This document shows, one piece after another, positions 1-9,111 of a stretch of 42,448 nucleotides of DNA (its first letter is position 1; each line of letters begins with the position of its first letter). The stretch covers positions 1 through 42,448 of the IMG/VR virus record IMGVR_UViG_3300046467_003052. The stretch is one strand, 5' to 3'. The DNA is from a virus (taxonomy: Duplodnaviria; Caudoviricetes). The translations under genes and the position numbers were made by a program. Below the pieces are notes generated by a model. That model was not told the origin of the DNA. It saw only the letters and a list, made by a program, of their open reading frames with translations, and searched no databases.

Positions 1-12
1 AAAATAGGTAGA

Positions 13-246
13 ATGCGTTTAATGATGCTTAAACCTAGATCAACTATAAGTTGGCATAGAGATCCTGATAAAAGAATACATATTCCAATAACATCTAATG
101 CAGGTTGCAGGCATATTATAGAAGATAAGATAAAACATATTCCTGCCAATGGCCGAGCATGGATTCACGACGATACTAAATATCATACAGTTACCAATGG
201 AGGCGAAACTCCAAGAGTATCTTTAGTTACCACCCTTTTAACTTAA
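13..246 (+). CDS. Aspartyl/asparaginyl beta-hydroxylase-like 2OG-Fe(II) oxygenase (probably the C-terminal part of a gene starting before the window)
   Basis: RLMMLKP..ISWHRD (HxD), RIHIPI, HTVTNGG..RVSLV pattern typical of the AspH-like family; the reading frame is open back to position 1. Confidence 0.75.
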   Translation: MRLMMLKPRSTISWHRDPDKRIHIPITSNAGCRHIIEDKIKHIPANGRAWIHDDTKYHTVTNGGETPRVSLVTTLLT

Positions 247-249
247 TAT

Positions 250-966
250 ATGATAAGAAAAATATTTGGCGAAAGTATAGGTGTATACACCTTACCTAAT
301 GCAGAATTATATAACGACGAATTTATTAAATTTGCATACTATTCTAAAGATTTAGTTGAAAATACAGATATTTTCAAGTTAATGAAAGAGTCTAACGCTC
401 CAAAAGATATGAATGATTATATAGAACCTTTCATACATAGATCACATCTCATACCTGGTTATCCTTTAAAATTTTTAGATGATGTAATGTGGACATTAAA
501 AGAATATACAAAGGAATTGGGTTCTGAATTTAATCAACACAACTTTCCTTATTTGGCACCATATGTATCGCGAGCATGGACTAATATAACTCCTCAGGGA
601 AATTATATAGGATCGCATGATCATAAAAGATTTGATGCTAAGTTTAGTGTATCGTATTATCCTAAATTTTTACCAGAGCAAGGAGATTTACATATAGAGA
701 ATACAGATTTAAAAGTAAATAAAAGAATATATCCTTGTAATGAAGTTCCTGCAAGAGAAAAGATTCCAGGCAATGCAGGACAAGCAATAATATTTCCTGG
801 TTACTTAAAACATCATACGGAAATGAATAAATCAACTGAAGATAGAATATCTACTTCATGTGATATTAAATACTTAGGAATTAATAGTGATCTTCCTCCT
901 GCAAAATTAGTAGAAGATTTGGCTTCAGCATTTCAACAAGAATTAACAACAAATTTTAAATTATGA
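250..966 (+). CDS. 2OG-Fe(II) oxygenase-like protein, TIGR02466-type
   Basis: AWTN..P...HDH...SVSYY..GDL...IIFPGYLKH..EMNKS.EDRIS signature (HxH...H...R). Confidence 0.75.
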   Translation: MIRKIFGESIGVYTLPNAELYNDEFIKFAYYSKDLVENTDIFKLMKESNAPKDMNDYIEPFIHRSHLIPGYPLKFLDDVMWTLKEYTKELGSEFNQHNFPYLAPYVSRAWTNITPQGNYIGSHDHKRFDAKFSVSYYPKFLPEQGDLHIENTDLKVNKRIYPCNEVPAREKIPGNAGQAIIFPGYLKHHTEMNKSTEDRISTSCDIKYLGINSDLPPAKLVEDLASAFQQELTTNFKL

Positions 967-1409
967 TAGATAAAAATACAATAGATGAAAAATGGACTAT
1001 AAAACGTATTCTTTGGTTTTCACTTGGTATGTTTTGTTTAGGCCTGGCTTATATAGGTGTTGTAACACCAGGCATACCGTTTAGTATATTTTTAGTAATA
1101 GCCGCATATAGTTTTGCAAAATCTAGCAAAAAATGGCATGACTGGATTTACAATCACAAATATTTTGGACCGTTCTTAACTAATTGGGTAAATTATCGAG
1201 TATTTCCGCTTTATGCAAAATTTTCTATGATTATTGTTATGTCGTCTACACTTATTTTTACCTGGTATATGCTTCACAATTTGAATATGATATTGTGGAC
1301 AGGAGGGTTTATGTTAAGTGTTGCAATATGGGCATGGCGTTATCCTAGCACAAAAGAAGAACATGCTCGTCGACTAGAAAATGGCAAAAAAATTGGTTGG
1401 ATTCGTTGA
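963..1409 (+). CDS. YbaN/DUF454-family inner membrane protein
   Basis: LGLAYIGVVTPGIPFSIFLVIAAYSFAKSS..WHDWIYNHKYFGP matches the DUF454 pattern. Confidence 0.85.
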   Translation: MIDKNTIDEKWTIKRILWFSLGMFCLGLAYIGVVTPGIPFSIFLVIAAYSFAKSSKKWHDWIYNHKYFGPFLTNWVNYRVFPLYAKFSMIIVMSSTLIFTWYMLHNLNMILWTGGFMLSVAIWAWRYPSTKEEHARRLENGKKIGWIR

Positions 1410-1434
1410 CAATATTTAAAATAGATGTTATACT
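1406..1434 (+). promoter_or_regulatory. Sigma70-type promoter with extended -10
   Basis: TTGACA (1406-1411), 17-nt spacer, TG-n-TATACT (1429-1434). Confidence 0.8.
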
Positions 1435-1440
1435 ATATAC

Positions 1441-2103
1441 ATGAATCTAATAGAGAAATACGACTATCCGTCCTTAGACAGATTTAATAATTCAGGAAAA
1501 AGATTATATAACACCCCATCTGGTAATCTTCCTTCAGTAACTACAATCTTAGATAGAACCAAAGATAAAACATTTCTTGTAGAATGGAAAAAACGAGTAG
1601 GGGAAGACGAAGCAAAGCGTATAACAAAAGAAGCATCGGGATTGGGTACCTTGTTTCATAAACATTTAGAAAATTATATATTAGGCGAAGAACGACCCAA
1701 TGGTAACAATGTTGTTTATAAGTTAGCAGAAGAAATGAGCAATGTTGTTATAGAAAAAGGATTAATTAATGTGAATGAAATATGGGGCTCAGAAATAAGC
1801 CTGTATTATCCAGGTTTATATGCAGGTACTACTGATTTAGTTGGTATGCATAATGGTACACCGGCAATAATGGATTATAAAAGTACAACTAGACCTAAAA
1901 AAGAAGAATGGGTTGAAGATTATTATTTACAATGTTGTGCATATGCATTAGCTCATAATGAATTATTTGAAACTAAAATAAATAAAGTCGTTATTATAAT
2001 GTGTTCACGAAAAAAACAATATCAGGAATTTATATGCGAAGGCAAAAAATTTGAAGATAACTGTGAAAAATGGGCCGAACGATTAGACGAATATTATAAA
2101 TAA
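1441..2103 (+). CDS. Phage PD-(D/E)XK exonuclease (Cas4/lambda-exo-like family of T4-like phages)
   Basis: LPSVTTIL, WKKRVG, GTLFH..LE, E..LY..YAGTTD, IMDYKS, YYLQCCAY motifs. Confidence 0.85.
   Translation: MNLIEKYDYPSLDRFNNSGKRLYNTPSGNLPSVTTILDRTKDKTFLVEWKKRVGEDEAKRITKEASGLGTLFHKHLENYILGEERPNGNNVVYKLAEEMSNVVIEKGLINVNEIWGSEISLYYPGLYAGTTDLVGMHNGTPAIMDYKSTTRPKKEEWVEDYYLQCCAYALAHNELFETKINKVVIIMCSRKKQYQEFICEGKKFEDNCEKWAERLDEYYK
2095..2102 (+). promoter_or_regulatory. T4-type late promoter box
   Basis: TATAAATA about 45 nt upstream of the RNR start, which has an AAGGAG RBS. Confidence 0.55.
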
Positions 2104-2145
2104 AAAACTAGCCGATAACACAAAAGAAACTCAAGGAGAACAAAC

Positions 2146-4482
2146 ATGAAGCCATCTTTTTTCCCCAATGTTAGGGCATTTCATCCTGGCATGGGGCAAG
2201 CTGTAGCCGAACGAACAATACTTAGAAAAAAACCCAACGGAGAATGGGAAAACTGGCATGATGTTGCTAATAGAGTAGCAATGGGCAATAGTTTGCTTTG
2301 CCCAAAAGAAAATGACAAAGATAGAGAATTTAGATTATTAAAGAAACATATAGCAAAAGCAACGTTATTAATGAGTGGCAGGCATTTACAACATGGCGAT
2401 GAAAAACAGCCAGAACGAAACATGGAAGTGTTTACAAATTGTGCTACTTCTAGCACAAGTTTTTTACTTTTTTACTTATTATTAAATGGTTCTGGGGTTG
2501 GCAGATGTTATGATGATGACATGATCCTGGTCGATTGGAATAATGCACCCCAACTACGATGTGTATTAGCCGAAAGCCATCCAGATTTTGATTATTCGGC
2601 ACACACATCTTTACGAGATGGAAAACACAAATATGGACAAGGGACAAATACTCTCTGGTATGAAATACCTGATTCACGCGAAGGATGGGCCCAAGCACTA
2701 GAACTTTGGGAAAATGCCGCATTTGAAAAAATACACAAAGATAAAATGTTGGTATTTGATTTTAGTAAAATTAGAGGAAAAGGATCTCCCATTGGAGGAA
2801 TGCAGAATAGACCGGCAAGTGGACCGGTATCTTTATTAAATGCCTTCGAAAAATGTGCAACCATCAAAGATGCTGGCATGGAGCCATGGAGACAGGCCAT
2901 GTATGTTGATCATTATATGGCAGAATGTGTGCTTGTCGGTGGCGCAAGACGTGCCGCTAGAATGAGTACAAAAACTTGGAAAGATAAAACTGTAATGGAT
3001 TTTATTACAGTTAAGCGACCTATTGAGTATCTTGGATTAAACATGGATGATATAGTTCGATATAATAAAGAATCTGCTTATCCGCCTATGGGTTTCTTAT
3101 GGTCTAGTAATAATTCTGTTACAACAGATAAAGAGTTTTGGGGTAAACTTAATATAAAGCGTGGTGACACTAGATACAACGATGATTTAACAAAACACGC
3201 TAGAGGGGTGTTTAAACTACTCACAGAGGCCGCTTACGCCGACGGAACAGGCGAACCTGGCATACTTAATTCCGACATGCTAGTCCAAAACGACGAAGGA
3301 TGGGATGATCTTAATCGTGGTGATTATGCAGGTAGTAAAAAATATCAACTTCGTGAAGATACACAAATATTAATGAGTCGTTTAGCAAAACGTGCTAAAA
3401 AGAAAAAATATCATACAATTACTAATCCATGTGGTGAAATTGCACTTAATGTACTAGGAGGATTTTGTGTTATTGCAGACGTAGTGCCATTTCATGCGGA
3501 CACACTAGATGAAGCAGAAGAAGCCTTCCGTGTTGCTACAAGGGCCTTATTGCGTGTAAACGGCATGAATAGTATATATGGTAAAGAAGTCAAACGCACA
3601 AATCGTATTGGTGTTGGCATGACTGGTGTTCACGAATTTGCTTGGAAGTTTTTTAAATTGGCTTTTAGGGATTTAATTAATGAAGAAAAAGCTAAAGACT
3701 TTTGGATGACAATGGCTCGATTTAATAGAGCAGTTAAAGATGAAGCAACAACATATTCTGAGTATTTGGGACAATCTGTACCACATACAATGACAACAAT
3801 TAAGCCTGCAGGAACAACAAGTAAATTATTTGGACTTACAGAAGGCTGGCACTTACCAGCCCTTGCTTGGTATATGCGTTGGGTACAATTTAGACATGAT
3901 GATCCTTTGGTAGAAGCATATAAGAAAAACGGCTATCCGCATAAAGAGCTAGTTCAATATAGTGGTACAACTATTATAGGATTTCCAACTGAACCAGTTA
4001 TTGCTAGTTTAGGGTTAGGAGATGCATTTGTAACAGCAGGCGAAGCCACTCCTGAAGAACAATATCAATGGTTAAAATTAGGAGAAAAATATTGGATTCG
4101 AGGTGTCGATGAAGCCGGAAAACCAACCAAGGATGTTGGGAATCAAATTAGTTATACACTAAAATATATTCCTGAAATAGTAAGTTATAAACATTTTAAA
4201 AATATGATTTTACAGCATCAATCTGCTGTAAGAGCCTGTTCGGTGATGCCACAGACAGATGCTTCTGCATATGAATATCAACCAGAAGAAGCAGTTTCTA
4301 AATTTAAATATGAGGAAATTAGTAGAGCAATTGCACATGCAATGACCGAAGACATAGGCAGAGAACATCTTGATTGTGGGGTAGTTCCGGGTGGTTGTCC
4401 GATTGATTTTGATGAAGAAGAAAAACAATGGAAACTTGAAGAAGAAGACCTCAAAACAACATTGTTAAAAGAAGTTGCATGA
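2146..4482 (+). CDS. nrdJ: Ribonucleotide reductase, probably class II (B12-dependent)
   Basis: FTNC, GSGVG, PASGP, RRAARM, GEPG, TNPCGEI radical cysteine, TTIKPAGTTS and a C-terminal Cys pair (CGVVPGGC); no beta subunit adjacent. Confidence 0.85.
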   Translation: MKPSFFPNVRAFHPGMGQAVAERTILRKKPNGEWENWHDVANRVAMGNSLLCPKENDKDREFRLLKKHIAKATLLMSGRHLQHGDEKQPERNMEVFTNCATSSTSFLLFYLLLNGSGVGRCYDDDMILVDWNNAPQLRCVLAESHPDFDYSAHTSLRDGKHKYGQGTNTLWYEIPDSREGWAQALELWENAAFEKIHKDKMLVFDFSKIRGKGSPIGGMQNRPASGPVSLLNAFEKCATIKDAGMEPWRQAMYVDHYMAECVLVGGARRAARMSTKTWKDKTVMDFITVKRPIEYLGLNMDDIVRYNKESAYPPMGFLWSSNNSVTTDKEFWGKLNIKRGDTRYNDDLTKHARGVFKLLTEAAYADGTGEPGILNSDMLVQNDEGWDDLNRGDYAGSKKYQLREDTQILMSRLAKRAKKKKYHTITNPCGEIALNVLGGFCVIADVVPFHADTLDEAEEAFRVATRALLRVNGMNSIYGKEVKRTNRIGVGMTGVHEFAWKFFKLAFRDLINEEKAKDFWMTMARFNRAVKDEATTYSEYLGQSVPHTMTTIKPAGTTSKLFGLTEGWHLPALAWYMRWVQFRHDDPLVEAYKKNGYPHKELVQYSGTTIIGFPTEPVIASLGLGDAFVTAGEATPEEQYQWLKLGEKYWIRGVDEAGKPTKDVGNQISYTLKYIPEIVSYKHFKNMILQHQSAVRACSVMPQTDASAYEYQPEEAVSKFKYEEISRAIAHAMTEDIGREHLDCGVVPGGCPIDFDEEEKQWKLEEEDLKTTLLKEVA

Positions 4483-4754
4483 ATGTAACCATTTACACTA
4501 TTGATAATTGTAAATTATGCGATCATGCAAAATTAATAATGAAAGAACGAGGTGTAGAATACGATGAAATTCGTATAGGTATAGACATCCCAAAAAAAGA
4601 ATTTAAAGAAAAATATAGTGCAGATAAAGCTCCGCTTGTTTATTATGGTAATTGGCGGGTAGGCGGAGCCGCAGAATTATGGAAAGCAATTTATAGAACA
4701 AATTTAATTCCTGTTAAAATATCCGCAGTAGACCAACTCCTAAAAAACAAATAA
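4479..4754 (+). CDS. Glutaredoxin
   Basis: VTIYT..NCKLC (CxxC), APLV, VGG; coupled to the RNR gene by an ATGA overlap. Confidence 0.85.
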   Translation: MNVTIYTIDNCKLCDHAKLIMKERGVEYDEIRIGIDIPKKEFKEKYSADKAPLVYYGNWRVGGAAELWKAIYRTNLIPVKISAVDQLLKNK

Positions 4755-4756
4755 AT

Positions 4757-5050
4757 ATGTTAGTAGAGACAAGAAAAAAAGGCGATGTTGTTACATTAAA
4801 ATTAACAACTTCGGAAGAGTTAATAGGCTCTTACCAAGAAGACGACGCTGATGCATATACAATTGATAGGCCATTCATGATAGCAATGAGCCAACAAGGT
4901 ATTGTATTAATGCCATGGTTACACGCAGTAGATGTGCAATCAAGCAAAGCAGTAAAGATTAATAAAACACATATCGTTGCAATTGCTGAACCAGTAGCAA
5001 GTATAGCAAAAGAATATAGTTCACAAATGAGCGGTATAAAATTAGTATAA
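4757..5050 (+). CDS. Conserved phage protein, Sm/LSm-like fold predicted
   Basis: GDVVTLKLTTSEELIG...PW...EY....SGI pattern common in large myoviruses. Confidence 0.55.
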   Translation: MLVETRKKGDVVTLKLTTSEELIGSYQEDDADAYTIDRPFMIAMSQQGIVLMPWLHAVDVQSSKAVKINKTHIVAIAEPVASIAKEYSSQMSGIKLV

Positions 5051-5060
5051 GGAAATATGA

Positions 5061-5639
5061 ATGCCAGCCGCAATGACAGAATTAACAAAACCTCCAAGCA
5101 AAGTTTGTGTAGCAAACGGCTTGGAAATGATGGATTACAGTCGAATAAATTTCATCCCAAATCCTACGGTAAAATGTAATGATAAACCTATATCATTACA
5201 TCAGACAGTTCCTGATACATCATATCAAGATGCAATAAAAACAAGGGATTCACTTCAGCCCTCACATAGAGTTAACACCCCAAAAACATGTTTTATAGAT
5301 GGTAATAGTGCCGCCAATGAATCTGATATGGAAATGTGGCATAACTTACGTCAAAAATATGGTAGCGGAGGGTCAACTCCCTCTAGTAATACTTGTGCCG
5401 GAGCCGGAGCAGGTAATACAACAAATGGAGTACCACCCGACTATCAATGGTATTTGCCTTCAATAGAAGCAAATCCAGGTGATGCAGATTGGGACAAGTG
5501 TAATAAAACTGGATTGGATTTAACTAAAACCCCGCCAAGTAATCCTAATCCGTTGCAAAGTTACTATGGTATATATGATAGTGCAATTAAGAAAAAATTA
5601 GAAAAAATGGTTTCTCCTAATGTTAAGATAGGTGGATAA
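5061..5639 (+). CDS. Divergent PAAR-like spike-tip protein (putative)
   Basis: Starts MPAA, contains TVKCNDKP and CFIDGNSA repeats, ends SPNVKIGG like PAAR termini; precedes a large virion-like gene. Confidence 0.45.
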   Translation: MPAAMTELTKPPSKVCVANGLEMMDYSRINFIPNPTVKCNDKPISLHQTVPDTSYQDAIKTRDSLQPSHRVNTPKTCFIDGNSAANESDMEMWHNLRQKYGSGGSTPSSNTCAGAGAGNTTNGVPPDYQWYLPSIEANPGDADWDKCNKTGLDLTKTPPSNPNPLQSYYGIYDSAIKKKLEKMVSPNVKIGG

Positions 5640-8062
5640 TGGCATACAGTGATTTTAGAGATAGTTTAACTACATTTGATAATTATATTTCAGCCGAAAA
5701 ACACTCCGTAGGACTTGAAGGTACGTATGGTGACAACGCGGTAGTGCGAGCAGAAATAGGCGGAAATATGAAAACCATGATCTGTAATTTACTTGCAGGT
5801 AATGGTCTTAAACCGATGCCCCAAATACAAATTTGTTTAGATATGAATCTAAATGAATTATTGGGGCTTGCCGCCGGAAATGCAATTTTAATGGGTGCCT
5901 TGGCGTCTTGTCGAACTGCTCTTCAAGCATTTAATACCCACACAGGTTTATCTGCTACATTAATGAGACTTAATGCAGTTATAGGTGAAGCCGCGGCAAT
6001 AGCAAGTATGATTAATTTTTGTGCAAAACCAATTAATCCTAAACCTATCCCAAACTTATTAGAATCAGTAATGGGATCATTCTTGGGTAAGGGTGAAGGA
6101 ATTTTAAATAAATTAGGAAGAGTTATACCTGATAGAGCATCTGTTTGTTTTGATTTTTCCACTGGAAAACTTAATACAGATGCTTATATAGATGGCGGTT
6201 TATTACAAGAAATTCGAGATTCTTTAGAAGCAGGTATAGATATTAGTGCATTATGGGAAGATTGGGTTGCACAATTAATGTCTATTGCAGATGATTTTAA
6301 AAGAATTGTACAATTTGAAAATGACATAGCAAATGCGGCTATGGAACAAAACGGATTAGGCGGCGGGACCGGCGATAGCCTTAAACCTGTAACATTACCT
6401 GATAGTAATCCGGATGTACAAATATTTCAATCAGGATATAGCTCTGTGCAATTTGCCGCAGATGGTACAGAAGTAACACCTATAATAGTTACAAAAGTAA
6501 ACAATGCAACAAATACCACATCAACAAAAGTTACATTAGATGTTCTTATTAAGTTTACAGAAAAAATGGATCATGCGTCACTTACTTGTCGATTACCTGA
6601 TTCATCGCCTCCTAGTTCAGGATACTATGGAACTATAAGAGTATTAGGCGGACCAGATGTTAATGGTAGCAATGAACGAGTATGGAATGCATCGGGGGTG
6701 CAGGCAATAAACCCCAAACCGGACGGCGACGGAGATACAATATTTGGTGGAACAATTATCTTAGATACTTCAACTTATCAAAGTTCAACATTTACATTTG
6801 CAGTTGGTTCTACAAACCATGATACTACTCCTCTTAAACCTACTTCAATTTCTGGTAAAGAAATGCTTTCAGTAAGAGCAATTCAATTTACTTGTGCAGA
6901 AGCGGCGGCAGGAGTAGGAGCAACAAATTTTATTGGTACAGCATTACCAAACCAATCAGCAGAACAACAACAAAAAGCAATAGCAAATTATACAGATATG
7001 CCTACTGCAATTAATAATGCTCAAAATATATTAACCATATGGAATCAATTAGCAGGCTATCCTGTTCAACGAACAGATGGAACAATTTTAACTAATATAT
7101 TTGATGCATTCTTAGATGATGATTCAATTGCATTAGCGGCGTCAGGCGAATCATACATTGCCCCTGTTTATACTCGAGTTGAAGAAAAGGATTATTGTGG
7201 TAATGTAATTGGATACAAATATGAATTTACTCAAGGATCATTGCAAACACCAGATGCTATTGCCGCAGGAACAATAACAACATTGGCTTCGGAACGACCA
7301 AGAGTTTTAGAAATAATTCCTAGTTCAGGTGACATAACAGTAGTAATAGATTCTACGATTCAAGTACGATTTAACCAAGATATGGATTTTAGTACATTTA
7401 CTTTAGGTGATACTCGAACTACATGGGATGCAACCAAAACATATTCTATAGGTGACTTAATAGAATACATAGGAGCAGAATATTCGTCTGTTGTAGATAA
7501 TAACACCAATCAAATACCACCTACTAGTTCTGGGTATTGGTCAGCCGTTGTAGGTAATGAAGCAATATTAACGGCAGGTAGCGGTTCTGTTAAATTTAAA
7601 AATACAACTACCAATGAATTCGAAACAGGCGGAACGGTATCTTATAGTAATAAACTATTAACCTATATGCCGCCAAACAATTTAATAGCAAATAACGTAT
7701 ATCAATTAACTATTGTTGGACAAAATACATCTTCAATGTATCCCGGAATAGGCACATCAGTAGATAAAGTGTCACCTATAGAAAATATTTCAGGTATTAC
7801 TATGGCAAGTACATTTTCATCGTCTTTTACAATAAATGCCGCAGGTAATTCAACTGCTACATTAACAGTAACATCAGCGGCAGGTACAATTAAAACACCT
7901 AGTTATACAGTTGCGGAATTAAATGCTTTAGCGGCATTTTATACCACCAATGATCAAGGGTCGCAAGCATGGTGTTCAAATGAAACAGGCGGTGCTTGTA
8001 TGGTTGTTTTTAATGGCACCAATTGGGTAAGAATTGATAATAGTAACATAATTGCAGAATAA
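5639..8062 (+). CDS. Large virion/baseplate-associated protein with an Ig-like (Big_5/SbsA) domain and a CBM5/12-like module
   Basis: RPRVLEIIPSSG..VVIDSTIQVRFNQDMD (Ig-like); WDATKTYSIGDLIEY...W (CBM5/12-like); C-terminal PSYTVAEL...SNETGG...NGTNW tail-fibre-like motif; Thr/Ser/Gly-rich. Confidence 0.6.
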   Translation: MAYSDFRDSLTTFDNYISAEKHSVGLEGTYGDNAVVRAEIGGNMKTMICNLLAGNGLKPMPQIQICLDMNLNELLGLAAGNAILMGALASCRTALQAFNTHTGLSATLMRLNAVIGEAAAIASMINFCAKPINPKPIPNLLESVMGSFLGKGEGILNKLGRVIPDRASVCFDFSTGKLNTDAYIDGGLLQEIRDSLEAGIDISALWEDWVAQLMSIADDFKRIVQFENDIANAAMEQNGLGGGTGDSLKPVTLPDSNPDVQIFQSGYSSVQFAADGTEVTPIIVTKVNNATNTTSTKVTLDVLIKFTEKMDHASLTCRLPDSSPPSSGYYGTIRVLGGPDVNGSNERVWNASGVQAINPKPDGDGDTIFGGTIILDTSTYQSSTFTFAVGSTNHDTTPLKPTSISGKEMLSVRAIQFTCAEAAAGVGATNFIGTALPNQSAEQQQKAIANYTDMPTAINNAQNILTIWNQLAGYPVQRTDGTILTNIFDAFLDDDSIALAASGESYIAPVYTRVEEKDYCGNVIGYKYEFTQGSLQTPDAIAAGTITTLASERPRVLEIIPSSGDITVVIDSTIQVRFNQDMDFSTFTLGDTRTTWDATKTYSIGDLIEYIGAEYSSVVDNNTNQIPPTSSGYWSAVVGNEAILTAGSGSVKFKNTTTNEFETGGTVSYSNKLLTYMPPNNLIANNVYQLTIVGQNTSSMYPGIGTSVDKVSPIENISGITMASTFSSSFTINAAGNSTATLTVTSAAGTIKTPSYTVAELNALAAFYTTNDQGSQAWCSNETGGACMVVFNGTNWVRIDNSNIIAE

Positions 8063-8068
8063 TAGGTG

Positions 8069-8104
8069 TTGACACAAATTTTTTTATATGTTATAATATA
8101 AATA
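8069..8104 (+). promoter_or_regulatory. Consensus sigma70 promoter overlapped by a late box; drives the tmRNA
   Basis: TTGACA (8069-8074), 17 nt, TG-n-TATAAT (8092-8097); TATAAATA at 8097-8104. Confidence 0.85.
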
Positions 8105-8450
8105 TTAATGTTGTTAATGACTCTTTGTCGAAAGCGACTGGACATGGGTGCGATTCCCATCAGCTCCACCAAAGGAAGTTATGGAAAAATCATTTATGTG
8201 GATTGCAATAATTATAATCCTTATATTGATAATAACATACGGCGTTTTATATTTTGGATATGACTTTCGTTGATGGGGCTGAAATAGATTTCGACACCGT
8301 GGGAAGCAAAGACGAGACGACATTGAACTTAATCGCAAATAATAACGATTATACTTCCGCACAGATTGCCCTCGCGGCATAACCTGTAGCCGAGTTAGAG
8401 GATGGTCCTCTTGGGGGGAGTCACTTGGGAACAGAAGAATTCCCCCCACC
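8104..8450 (+). ncRNA. ssrA: Circularly permuted two-piece tmRNA: acceptor piece about 8104-8171, intervening segment 8172-8274, coding piece 8275 to about 8450
   Basis: T-arm ATGGG-TGCGATT-CCCAT and CAGCTCC-A-CCA (to 8171) lie upstream of GGGGCTG-AAATAGATTTCGAC (8275); the acceptor stem has G3:U70; tag frame 8335-8382 encodes ANNNDYTSAQIALAA*. Outer ends are approximate. Confidence 0.92.
8181..8273 (+). CDS. 30-aa single-TM peptide encoded in the tmRNA intervening segment (MEKSFMWIAIIIILILIITYGVLYFGYDFR)
   Basis: AAGGAAG RBS directly after the CCA, ATG 8181, TGA 8271-8273 ending 1 nt before the coding piece. Confidence 0.6.
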   Translation: MEKSFMWIAIIIILILIITYGVLYFGYDFR

Positions 8451-8479
8451 ACACACACAGACACACAAAGGAGAAAATT

Positions 8480-8710
8480 ATGTCTAGTAATCCATATGAA
8501 CTTAGGTTCAGACTACTTGAAATGGCCCAAGGCTATCTTCAAGATGAATACTCAAGAAAAGAAAACTTTGTTTATCAAGCATGGGATCATGCAAAAGAAC
8601 AAGGTGAAGCAACATCGAAGTTATGGAATGAACTTCAACCTGAATCTTATACCATTGATGATATTAAGACGAAGGCTACCGAACTCTATGAATTTGTAGA
8701 GAAGAAGTAA
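8480..8710 (+). CDS. Phage hypothetical protein (76 aa, MSSNPYELRFRLLEMAQ...)
   Basis: Strong AAGGAG RBS at ATG 8480, so the ORF-track start at 8402 is too far upstream; followed by a terminator. Confidence 0.75.
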   Translation: MSSNPYELRFRLLEMAQGYLQDEYSRKENFVYQAWDHAKEQGEATSKLWNELQPESYTIDDIKTKATELYEFVEKK

Positions 8711-8719
8711 ATAACCTAA

Positions 8720-8763
8720 AAGGGGAGTTATTTGCTAAAACAAAAAATTCCCCTTATTTTTTT
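8720..8763 (+). terminator. Rho-independent terminator
   Basis: AAGGGGAGTT...AATTCCCCTT stem followed by a T-run. Confidence 0.7.
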
Positions 8764-8883
8764 AAATTATAGTAATAGTTAACAACCAAAAAACACTGAA
8801 AAGTGGCCAAAACAACCAATTATACCAAAAAACCAGGTAAATATACTAGTGATTAGAAAATATCACAATAGGAGAATAAAACT

Positions 8884-9111
8884 ATGGATATTATTAAAAA
8901 TGTATCTGGCTGGATCAGGGGACTTACAGAAGTAGGTCTTTCGGTTATAGCATTAGGCATTGTCTTCCAAATTATTTTCGGAGCAAATGTAGTATTCCTT
9001 CCAATCGACATCCTAGGTAATGTAATCAGTTTCGTGAAAGCATTGGGTGGTGAAGGTCTTGTTGGCTTAATTGCATTGTGGATTCTTTGGGGAATCTACG
9101 ACAAGAAGTAA
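8884..9111 (+). CDS. Small membrane protein
   Basis: AGGAG RBS; two hydrophobic helices; GGEGLVGLIALWILW. Confidence 0.75.
   Translation: MDIIKNVSGWIRGLTEVGLSVIALGIVFQIIFGANVVFLPIDILGNVISFVKALGGEGLVGLIALWILWGIYDKK

Noticed and set aside
1441-2103. Possible CRISPR-Cas (Cas4-like nuclease)
   Set aside because: No repeat-spacer array or other cas genes are seen, and the protein lacks the Cas4 four-cysteine Fe-S pattern.
8114-8464. Minus-strand ORFs 8114..8464 and 7954..8172, and the 8402 start of the + ORF
   Set aside because: They are antisense shadows of the tmRNA. The real downstream gene starts at ATG 8480 behind AAGGAG.
8764-8883. A/C-rich tract with AACAACCAA twice (origin or iteron?)
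   Set aside because: Only two short low-complexity copies; insufficient support.
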